The notes under the pieces are model-generated. The model saw only the letters and a program-made list of their open reading frames with translations, did not search any database and was not told the origin of the DNA. A stretch of DNA of 35,932 nucleotides, taken from the NCBI GenBank assembly GCA_903877065.1, contig CAIRCR010000481.1, forward strand, positions 1 to 35,932, written 5' to 3'. Shown here piece by piece: positions 8,487 through 15,511 of this stretch (the first letter of the stretch is position 1; each line of letters starts with the position of its first letter). The DNA comes from an uncultured Pseudomonadota bacterium (GTDB taxonomy: Bacteria; Pseudomonadota; Gammaproteobacteria; Methylococcales; Methylomonadaceae). Both the position numbers and the translations under genes were made by a program.

Positions 8487-8972
8487 ATGCAGTTATTGAC
8501 AGAGTGTGGCAATGCCATTAAATGGGCTGAAAGCCTTTGTGTAGAAATTTTAAAATCAAAACATTTGGGTTATTTGTTTTTGCTCGGTGTCATGGCAATT
8601 TTTTTTATGGGCATCATGCTATATATCGTCGATCCCAATATTCAATCGCCTGTTGACGGTGTTTGGTCGGCTTTATCAACGATAACTCATGTTGGATTCG
8701 GTGATGTTATTCCTGTTTCTTTTGCGGGTAGGATGGTAGCGGCTTTCATCATTTTATTGGGCTTGATTATGCTTCCGCTATTAACAGCGTTAATTTCGGT
8801 AATGCTTATGGGTAAAAACATTGAAACGTTAGGTTCGGGCATGAATCAAATTCAAGAAGAAGCCACAAGTATTCAAGCTGATGAAAGTAAAATTCTCGAA
8901 GAATTGGTGCGACTCAATGAGCGCATGGATAAAATAGAAAAAGCATTAGTTACTCAAAACGCAACGAGATGA
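8487..8972 (+). CDS. Small 2-TM potassium-channel family protein (KcsA-like pore, no RCK domain, C-terminal coiled-coil tail)
   Basis: AGGAG 7 nt upstream of the ATG. TM1 LGYLFLLGVMAIFFMGIMLYIV, pore/filter WSALSTITHVGFGDVIP, TM2 FAGRMVAAFIILLGLIMLPLLTALISVML, tail KILEELVRLNERMDKIEKAL. Confidence 0.8.
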   Translation: MQLLTECGNAIKWAESLCVEILKSKHLGYLFLLGVMAIFFMGIMLYIVDPNIQSPVDGVWSALSTITHVGFGDVIPVSFAGRMVAAFIILLGLIMLPLLTALISVMLMGKNIETLGSGMNQIQEEATSIQADESKILEELVRLNERMDKIEKALVTQNATR

Positions 8973-8976
8973 TGAC

Positions 8977-9975
8977 ATGATAGTAAATTGCGTTGCTTAT
9001 CAAAACGGGACTTTTTTAGAAAAAATAACTAACATCGATGACATTAGCGAAGTTATCAAACATGAAGACACTTTCGTTTGGCTTGAATTATACGAACCGT
9101 GTGATCAACAGTTATGGAAAATTCAAGAAGAATTTAATCTGCACGAACTTGCTATCGATGACACGCAATCCCTTCACCAACGTCCAAAACTTGAAGAATA
9201 TGGCGATTCCCTGTTTTTAGTATTCAGCGCAGTTTTACTCGAAAAAAATATCACTTACGGCGATAAGGATTTTTTTAGCGTGGCTTACACCGAGCTGGAT
9301 ATTTTTATCGGAACAAAGTTTTTTGTACTCATTCGTTATGAAAACAGCTCAGATTACGAAAGAATTAGAACCCGTTGTGAATTTATGCCTGAGCAATTAG
9401 CAAAAGGTTCGAGTTTTGTTCTTTATGAAATTATGCGTTGCGTGATGGATGATTACATTCGGGCAATCGATGATATGCAAGCACGGTTTGAACATGTGGA
9501 AAATGCTATTTTTGATAATCGCCCCAGCCGAAAAACGATCGAGCGTCTGTACGAACTAAAACGTGAGTTACTTTTGTTGCAAAATGCAGTTCTGCCTTTA
9601 ATGGATGTTTGCCATGAGTTGACCCACTACACAGGCGCAATGATTCATCCCGAAATTAGCGTGTATTTTCGTGATATTGCCAATCATCTCAAGCGTGTTG
9701 ACCAATCTATTTCTGGTATGCGTGAAATGCTCATTGCCGCAATGCAGGTGCACTTGACGTTTGAAACGATTCGGCAAAATGAAGTCGTTAAACAATTGGC
9801 AGGCTGGGCGGCTATTTTAACGTTGCCAACTGTTGTGTTTAGTTGGTATGGAATGAACTTTGAAAATATGCCTGAACTGAAATGGGAATTTAGTTATCCC
9901 GCTGTTATGGGCGTTGTCGTGGTTGGTTGTGGCTTACTTTATTGGAGTTTTAAACGTTCTGGTTGGTTACGATGA
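8977..9975 (+). CDS. corA: CorA-family Mg2+/Co2+ channel
   Basis: 332 aa. Two C-terminal TM helices flank the signature WYGMNFENMPEL (GMN motif). Starts 4 nt after the channel gene stop. Confidence 0.9.
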   Translation: MIVNCVAYQNGTFLEKITNIDDISEVIKHEDTFVWLELYEPCDQQLWKIQEEFNLHELAIDDTQSLHQRPKLEEYGDSLFLVFSAVLLEKNITYGDKDFFSVAYTELDIFIGTKFFVLIRYENSSDYERIRTRCEFMPEQLAKGSSFVLYEIMRCVMDDYIRAIDDMQARFEHVENAIFDNRPSRKTIERLYELKRELLLLQNAVLPLMDVCHELTHYTGAMIHPEISVYFRDIANHLKRVDQSISGMREMLIAAMQVHLTFETIRQNEVVKQLAGWAAILTLPTVVFSWYGMNFENMPELKWEFSYPAVMGVVVVGCGLLYWSFKRSGWLR

Positions 9976-10026
9976 ACGTCATTCTTTTCCCTCGATACGA
10001 ATAGGCGCAGTTTTTTACCCAACACC

Positions 10027-10545
10027 TTGGGCAATGCTCCTAAACGACACAAGACAATAACGAGTACACTTTTGAAATCACCTATTTTTTTACCTTGGCT
10101 AATTACAGCGACACTCATCACGCTCCTTTGCATCAGCGTAACTTTGGCGCATTATAACGGTACGCAATGGCAACAGCCTTTAACCGACGAATCCTGTATT
10201 TTTTGGCGAACGGTTTTTTATATTTTGGCTATTTTCATCTTGCCGCTGACGAATTTATTGCGTCATATTTTTTTACGTCTTAATCAAACAATGCCGCCAC
10301 TTGTGCAGACTAATTTAGAGCGTGTCGCGCAGACCCGTTACGCATTGACTGTTAGTGTTTCGATGTTTGCCATACTGCTGATAGGGAGTTTTGGTGTTTT
10401 AATGTTTTATCTTGGCGACGGCTTCAATACATTGCATATTTTAATTGGCGTGGCGGGTTTGGGTGTGTTTTTGTATCGTCCAAAATTATATGAATATCAA
10501 CAAATCAGCGACGCGCTGAAAATGCTCACGGAGAAGCCCGAATGA
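10027..10545 (+). CDS. Predicted 4-TM membrane protein of unknown family; start codon uncertain (TTG 10027 or TTG 10069)
   Basis: Four hydrophobic helices (IFLPWLITATLITLLCISVTLA, FWRTVFYILAIFILPLTNLL, YALTVSVSMFAILLIGSFGVLMFYL, LHILIGVAGLGVFLY). The stop overlaps the next gene's start (ATGA at 10542-10545). No ATG start and no clear SD. Confidence 0.5.
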   Translation: MGNAPKRHKTITSTLLKSPIFLPWLITATLITLLCISVTLAHYNGTQWQQPLTDESCIFWRTVFYILAIFILPLTNLLRHIFLRLNQTMPPLVQTNLERVAQTRYALTVSVSMFAILLIGSFGVLMFYLGDGFNTLHILIGVAGLGVFLYRPKLYEYQQISDALKMLTEKPE

Positions 10546-11738
10546 ATGACGCTAAAAAACAATTATTGACGATTGCTGACAGTTGCGTGAAATGTGGGAT
10601 TTGTTCACCACATTGTCCAACTTATACGCACACACAAAATGAAAATGAATCGCCGCGTGGACGTATCGCGTTAATTCAAGCGTGGGCGGGCGGTCAGTTA
10701 AGCATTACCGATAATTTACTTTCTCATATCGACTCTTGTTTGTTATGCCGAGCGTGTGAAAAATCCTGCCCCGCTGTCGTGCCTTACGGCAAATTGATTG
10801 ATGATTTTCGGGCGCAAATACACGGCGAACAATCAACGCCTGCGTCTGTGAAATTAGTGAAAAAAATTTCTGAAAACAAGCGTGTGCAACGCGGAATGAA
10901 ATCAGTTTTGACGTTTTATCAAAAAAATAATTTACAAAAAACAGCGCGATTATTGCGTTTGCCGCGTTTATTTAATTTAGAAAAATTAGAACGTTTAGTG
11001 CCGAATTATCACGAAGCGCAAACCTTGAAAAATTATTATCCCGCACAAGGCGGCATAAAAGGTGATGTCGGTTTATTTGTTGGTTGCATGGGGGAATTAT
11101 TTGATTTTGAAACCGTTAATGCCGCGATTATCGTTTTAACGCGCATTGGTTTTAACGTGCATTTACCTGAAAATCAAACGTGTTGTGGTGCGTTAGCGTT
11201 GCACGAAGGTGATGCAAAAACAGCGCAAAATATGGCGAAACAAAATCAGCAAGCGTTTGCCAGTGAAAAATTACAAGCCATTGTTACGATTGCGAGCGGT
11301 TGTGGAAGTACGTTAAAAGATTACGCGACAAAAGTGGTTGATATTAGTCACTTTTTGGGTCAAACGGATTTTGATTTTAGCCAAATATTAAAACCACTGG
11401 CGGCAAACATTCGATTGCATTCGCCCTGTACACTGAAAAATGTCATGAAAACGGACAAAAGTGTTTTGAAATTGTTGATGCAAATTCCTGATGTGAATAT
11501 TTCGCAGTTGCCTGACATGGTGCAATGTTGCGGTGCGGCAGGTACTTACAGTTTAACGCATGACAAAATGGCAGAAACGTTGTTGAATGAATTACTGAAT
11601 ACTGCACTTGAAAAACCGACCGATTATTTAGTCAGTTCAAACATTGGTTGTGCGTTACATATTGCGGCGGGATTGAGAGAACGCGGGGAAAATGTAGCGG
11701 TGGTGCATCCGATTGTGTTGTTGGCAAGACAACTTTAG
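10542..11738 (+). CDS. glcF: GlcF/HdrD-like iron-sulfur protein (2x[4Fe-4S] ferredoxin motifs plus two CCG cysteine-rich domains)
   Basis: CVKCGICSPHCP and CLLCRACEKSCP cluster motifs. CCG-type motifs ENQTCCGALALH and MVQCCGAAGTYSL. GGAG 8 nt upstream of the ATG. Size and layout match glycolate oxidase subunit GlcF. Confidence 0.75.
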   Translation: MNDAKKQLLTIADSCVKCGICSPHCPTYTHTQNENESPRGRIALIQAWAGGQLSITDNLLSHIDSCLLCRACEKSCPAVVPYGKLIDDFRAQIHGEQSTPASVKLVKKISENKRVQRGMKSVLTFYQKNNLQKTARLLRLPRLFNLEKLERLVPNYHEAQTLKNYYPAQGGIKGDVGLFVGCMGELFDFETVNAAIIVLTRIGFNVHLPENQTCCGALALHEGDAKTAQNMAKQNQQAFASEKLQAIVTIASGCGSTLKDYATKVVDISHFLGQTDFDFSQILKPLAANIRLHSPCTLKNVMKTDKSVLKLLMQIPDVNISQLPDMVQCCGAAGTYSLTHDKMAETLLNELLNTALEKPTDYLVSSNIGCALHIAAGLRERGENVAVVHPIVLLARQL

Positions 11739-11740
11739 AA

Positions 11741-11779
11741 AAAACGGTTAAAGACGTGATTTTTATCTTTAACCGTTTT
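11741..11779. terminator. Bidirectional intrinsic terminator between the convergent glcF-like and speD genes
   Basis: Perfect 14-bp stem AAAACGGTTAAAGA (11741-11754) / TCTTTAACCGTTTT (11766-11779), 11-nt loop, with A/T runs on both flanks. Confidence 0.75.
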
Positions 11780-11794
11780 GCCATTTAACCATTT

Positions 11795-12622
11795 TTAATC
11801 GTAAGTTTGACGGTAATTATGACCGTAGAAAATCTCAGTGACTTCTTTGTCTAATTTCTTTTCGATTTCTACTTTTTCTTCCTCAGATAAATCACATTCT
11901 TTTTCAAACAAATAATTTTCCAACCTTGTTTTTTTCAACATCATTTTGGTGTGGAAAATGTTTTCTTGATACACATTCACGTCAATCATTTCATAGATTT
12001 CTTGTGTATCTAAAGCAATGTAATTTTGAATTGAGGTGATATTGTGGTCGATGTAATGCTTTTTACCTTCAATATCACGAGTGAAACCGCGCACTTTGTA
12101 GTCCATTGTGACTACGTCAGATTCAAAACTGTGGATTAAATAATTCAACGCTTTCAACGGTGAAATACGTCCACACGTCGAAACATCAATATCTGCGCGA
12201 AAGGTACTAATGCCACTATCGGGATGGCTTTCAGGATAAGTGTGAACAGTAATGTGACTTTTATCTAAATGTCCCAACACTGTTTTAGGCAAAGGACCTG
12301 GCGATTGACTATTCATGTTCGGTGGCGGTGGTGTATCGCCTTCCGAAATTAGCATCGTGACACTCGCGCCTTGCGGATCATAATCTTGGCGTGCAATGTT
12401 TAAAACTTGCGCTCCAATAATTTCCGCAACGTGTTTGAGATGCTCTGTCAGTCTATCCGCACTGTACGCTTCATCGATATATTCAATATACGCCTGCTGT
12501 TGCTCTGCGGGGGCGTAACAAATGTCATAAATGTTAAAACTGAGCGACTTTGTTAAATTATTAAAGCCGTGTAATTGTAATTTCGTATTCAATGGGTTAA
12601 ACCTCGATAATTTCAAAATCAT
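11795..12622 (-). CDS. speD: S-adenosylmethionine decarboxylase proenzyme (class I, E. coli SpeD type); the real start is probably TTG at 12592
   Basis: [24 protein letters not shown]..., [13 protein letters not shown] (self-processing Ser), [11 protein letters not shown] and [11 protein letters not shown] are collinear with E. coli SpeD as I recall it. TTG 12592 has GAGG 9 nt upstream and removes the 26-nt overlap with the upstream gene. Confidence 0.9.
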   Translation of the reverse strand: MILKLSRFNPLNTKLQLHGFNNLTKSLSFNIYDICYAPAEQQQAYIEYIDEAYSADRLTEHLKHVAEIIGAQVLNIARQDYDPQGASVTMLISEGDTPPPPNMNSQSPGPLPKTVLGHLDKSHITVHTYPESHPDSGISTFRADIDVSTCGRISPLKALNYLIHSFESDVVTMDYKVRGFTRDIEGKKHYIDHNITSIQNYIALDTQEIYEMIDVNVYQENIFHTKMMLKKTRLENYLFEKECDLSEEEKVEIEKKLDKEVTEIFYGHNYRQTYD

Positions 12623-13016
12623 GGGTAATTTCTACCCCTGCGTTTCCTAACATAATTGCCGCAGAGCAGTATTTTTCTGCCGACAATTTCACTGCACGAT
12701 CAACGACGGCGGGTTTTAAATCGCGTCCACTGATCACAAAATGTAAATGAATTTTACTAAAAACAGCTGGCACGGCATCCACTCTTTCAGCCGTTAGTTC
12801 TGTGACACAACTTAATAATTCGTTGCGCCCTTTCTGTAAAATTTGAACTACGTCAAACGAGGAGCATCCGCCCACACCTAACAACACCATTTCCATTGGG
12901 CGAACGCCCATATTTCGACCACCTAAATCAGGAGGTCCATCCATGACTACAGCGTGACCGCTGCCAGACTCACCGACAAACATTACGCCATCAATCCATT
13001 TTACTGTTGCTTGCAT
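12597..13016 (-). CDS. OsmC/Ohr-family peroxiredoxin-like protein
   Basis: 139 aa with the two-Cys pattern (GVGGCSSFD ... AEKYCSAA) and overall OsmC-like sequence. Confidence 0.75.
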   Translation of the reverse strand: MQATVKWIDGVMFVGESGSGHAVVMDGPPDLGGRNMGVRPMEMVLLGVGGCSSFDVVQILQKGRNELLSCVTELTAERVDAVPAVFSKIHLHFVISGRDLKPAVVDRAVKLSAEKYCSAAIMLGNAGVEITHDFEIIEV

Positions 13017-13129
13017 TGCCTAATCATCCCTAGCTTGAAAATGGGGTGCATAATATCACAATATTTTTGTAGTCAATGTGACATAAGCCAGTCCAACATA
13101 AGATGGTAAAAAACCTGAGTGGTGAAATT

Positions 13130-13957
13130 TTATCGCGGCGGTGTTTTTCCATCTACAGCTGGCACACTAAAATGTTGCATGATTTCACCATCTAAACGTA
13201 AAGCGGTTAATTCACGTCCCCAAACACAACCCGTATCAATGGCGTAACAATTTTCCTTTGAGTAAAAACCTAACGCTGACCAATGCCCAAAAATAAGTTT
13301 GATTTGCGCGGTTTTACGCTCAGGCAACATAAACCAAGGTATTAAATGTTCGGGTTGCGAACCTAATTCACAGCTATATTGAAAATCCAAACGACCGTGT
13401 TCATCACAAAAACGCATTCGCGTAAAACAATTAAAAATAAAACGTAATTGCTCCATGCCCGCTAAATCTTCTGACCATAAATCGGGCTGATTATCGTAAA
13501 GCCGCGAGAGTAGTATTTTATAATTTGAGCCACGCAACACCGCTTGTGCCAATGCCGCCATCGCTTGCGTTTTTGCTAAATCCCATTGCGGCGGCAAACC
13601 TGCGTGTAACAAACCGAAACCGTTTTCGTAATGAAACAGCGGTTTTTGTCGCAACCAATCGAGCAATTCACCACAATCTGGCGCGTTCAGCACAGCGTTT
13701 AGTGTGTCTTTTTTCTTCACTCGTTCTGGAAAGTTTGCACTGACAAGCAAATGAATGTCGTGATTACCCAAAACAGTCACCGCTGCTGAACCTAATTTTT
13801 TTACAAATCGTAGCGTTTCAAGTGAATGAGAACCACGATTTACTAAATCACCAACAAACCAAAGCTGATCTGAATGCTCATCAAAAGCAATAAAATCGAG
13901 CAAGTGCAATAATTCGTCGTAACAACCTTGAACATCTCCAATCGCGTAAATTGACAT
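13130..13957 (-). CDS. apaH: Bis(5'-nucleosyl)-tetraphosphatase, symmetrical (ApaH)
   Basis: MSIYAIGDVQGC, FVGDLVNRG and LGNHDIHLL metallophosphatase motifs. 275 aa. Immediately downstream of apaG, as in E. coli. Confidence 0.9.
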   Translation of the reverse strand: MSIYAIGDVQGCYDELLHLLDFIAFDEHSDQLWFVGDLVNRGSHSLETLRFVKKLGSAAVTVLGNHDIHLLVSANFPERVKKKDTLNAVLNAPDCGELLDWLRQKPLFHYENGFGLLHAGLPPQWDLAKTQAMAALAQAVLRGSNYKILLSRLYDNQPDLWSEDLAGMEQLRFIFNCFTRMRFCDEHGRLDFQYSCELGSQPEHLIPWFMLPERKTAQIKLIFGHWSALGFYSKENCYAIDTGCVWGRELTALRLDGEIMQHFSVPAVDGKTPPR

Positions 13958-13963
13958 GATGTT

Positions 13964-14341
13964 TTAATGCAGGGTGCGAGGAATAGACAAAGTAAAACGA
14001 GGAATTTCTGCGTTAAACGTGTCGCCTTCTTCGTCGCAAAAAGTGTAATAACCTTGCATAATGCCTACGGGTGTTTCGAGTAATGCGCTGCTGGTATATC
14101 GAAAACTTTCATGCGTGTTAATTTGTGGTTGTAACCCGATAACACCGTCACCATGCACTTCTTGAATCTTGCCATTAGCGTCGGTTAAGAGCCAATGACG
14201 TTGTAATAGTTGTGCCTTGCTTTTACCCGTGTTGGCGATAGTGATAGTATAAGCAAAGATGTAACGGTTCTGATTAGCGTCCGAATCCTTTTCCACAAAA
14301 GAGGCGGTTGCAGTGATGCTGATATTATGTTTTTCGTTCAT
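13964..14341 (-). CDS. apaG: ApaG (DUF525) protein
   Basis: 125 aa. RYIFAYTITIANTG...QLLQRHWLLTDANGK...VHGDGVIGLQP...TPVGIMQGYY parallels E. coli ApaG. Confidence 0.9.
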   Translation of the reverse strand: MNEKHNISITATASFVEKDSDANQNRYIFAYTITIANTGKSKAQLLQRHWLLTDANGKIQEVHGDGVIGLQPQINTHESFRYTSSALLETPVGIMQGYYTFCDEEGDTFNAEIPRFTLSIPRTLH

Positions 14342-14379
14342 GAAGGCAAAATTCCGTTAATTAACTAAATGCTTTTTGC

Positions 14380-14401
14380 ATTTTATCTCAATTTTATCTA
14401 A
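14380..14401. promoter_or_regulatory. Tandem 11-nt direct repeat in the apaG / ankyrin-gene divergent control region
   Basis: attttatctca (14380-14390) is followed directly by attttatctaa (14391-14401), 10/11 identical, ending 20 nt before the ATG at 14422. Confidence 0.3.
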
Positions 14402-14421
14402 ACGCAGGCAAACGATTCTTT

Positions 14422-14967
14422 ATGAAGTATAGAAATTATTTAATTATGTTATTACTCGCCTCTGCACCGATTCATGCTGAAGATGGCAAAGATTTATTTC
14501 TCGCCGCCATGAATGGCAAAGAAGAGCGCGTAAATGCCTTGCTCAATCAAGGTGTCGATGTAAACAGTAAAAACGCAGGTGGACGTACTGCGTTAATGGC
14601 GGCGTGTTTTAGCGGCAATTTGCACAGCGTTAAAATGTTGTTAGCGTATGGCGCAGACGTGAATACGGTGGATAACGTCGGTAGTAGCGCGTTAATGGAT
14701 GCGTTAATTTTTGGTGATGAAGACATTATTACTTTGTTAATTAAAGCAGGTGCAAATGTCAACGCGCAAGACAGCCAAAAAGTGCCCATTTTGGAACGTG
14801 CTAAAAAAATTAGCAGTGAAAAAGTTGTAAAAATGTTAGAAACAGCTGGTGCAAAAGGTGCTGAACCCCCGCCACCTCCCGAACCAACAGCCGAAGAACT
14901 TGCCGCCAAAGCCGCCGCAGAAGAAGCCGAAAAAGCGGCCGCTGAAAAGCCCAAGAAAAAAAGATAA
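14422..14967 (+). CDS. Secreted ankyrin-repeat protein with a Pro-rich and Ala/Glu/Lys-rich C-terminal tail
   Basis: Signal peptide MKYRNYLIMLLLASAPIHA/ED. About 3-4 ANK repeats (GRTALMAACFSGNLHSVKMLLAYGADVN, GSSALMDALIFGDEDIITLLIKAGANVN). Tail EPPPPPEPTAEELAAKAAAEEAEKAAAEKPKKKR. Confidence 0.8.
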   Translation: MKYRNYLIMLLLASAPIHAEDGKDLFLAAMNGKEERVNALLNQGVDVNSKNAGGRTALMAACFSGNLHSVKMLLAYGADVNTVDNVGSSALMDALIFGDEDIITLLIKAGANVNAQDSQKVPILERAKKISSEKVVKMLETAGAKGAEPPPPPEPTAEELAAKAAAEEAEKAAAEKPKKKR

Positions 14968-14986
14968 TTTTTGAGAGGTAATGACG

Positions 14987-15508
14987 ATGCGTATACACAT
15001 TATTAGCGTTGGAACTGCTTTTATGAGTGGAATTGCCTTGTTAGCAAGGCGCGAAGGGCATGAAGTGACTGGCTCTGATAATTACATTGTTCCCAAAATT
15101 CGTGAACAATTAGAAGCGGTTGGCGTTGCAGTAACCACACCTTTTAAAGCGGAAAATTTAGCGGATAGACCAGATTTAGTCATTTTAGGCAATGACATTT
15201 ATCCTGAAAATGAAGAGTTAATTGAATTGTACAAATGCCGTTTAAAATTTGTTTCTGGTTCATCATGGTTTGCCGAATATGTATTGCGAGATGCTTTGGC
15301 AAAAAATAAGCCTCTCAGCGATGAAGACGAAAAATCAAAAAAAGAAACATTAGAAAATTTGGCAAAACACGCGCCTAAAGTGCCTGATGAACATGAATCT
15401 ATAAAACACGCGCCCAAAGTTCCAGGTAACAATGAACCAGGAAAAGTTCACCACACACCGCCACCGGTTGAACGTGGTCTTAAAAAACCGAAACGGATTA
15501 TTCATTAA
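14987..15508 (+). CDS. Stand-alone paralog of the Mpl/Mur-ligase N-terminal domain fused to a charged, Pro/Lys-rich tail
   Basis: GAGAGG (14973-14978) lies 8 nt before ATG 14987; the track's 14981 start is only 2 nt from the SD. MRIHIISVGTAFMSGIALLARREGHEVTGSD... aligns without gaps to Mpl MRIHIVGICGTFMAGLAVLAKQLGHEVSGSD.... I counted 43 identities in the first 102 positions. Similarity stops where the Mpl P-loop (GTHGKTTT) would begin. Confidence 0.65.
   Translation: MRIHIISVGTAFMSGIALLARREGHEVTGSDNYIVPKIREQLEAVGVAVTTPFKAENLADRPDLVILGNDIYPENEELIELYKCRLKFVSGSSWFAEYVLRDALAKNKPLSDEDEKSKKETLENLAKHAPKVPDEHESIKHAPKVPGNNEPGKVHHTPPPVERGLKKPKRIIH
15364..15423 (+). repeat. In-frame 39-nt tandem duplication (13-aa unit, KHAPKVP core) in the tail of the Mpl-N paralog
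   Basis: aaaacacgcgcctaaagtgcc (15364-15384) vs aaaacacgcgcccaaagttcc (15403-15423), 19/21 identical, offset 39 nt. Protein: AKHAPKVPDEHES / IKHAPKVPGNNEP. Confidence 0.85.
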
Positions 15509-15511
15509 GTT

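Noticed and set aside
8237-8518. 93-aa minus-strand ORF spanning the giant-gene / K+ channel intergenic region
   Set aside because: It has a low-complexity Phe/Ile/Lys-rich translation typical of AT-rich non-coding DNA. It overlaps the SD and start of the K+ channel gene, and I recognise no motif in it.
14547-14998. Antisense ORFs (135 aa and 62 aa) opposite the ankyrin gene
   Set aside because: They are Ala/Ser/Gly-rich mirror translations of the GC-rich tail. The sense strand has clear ANK repeats and a signal peptide.
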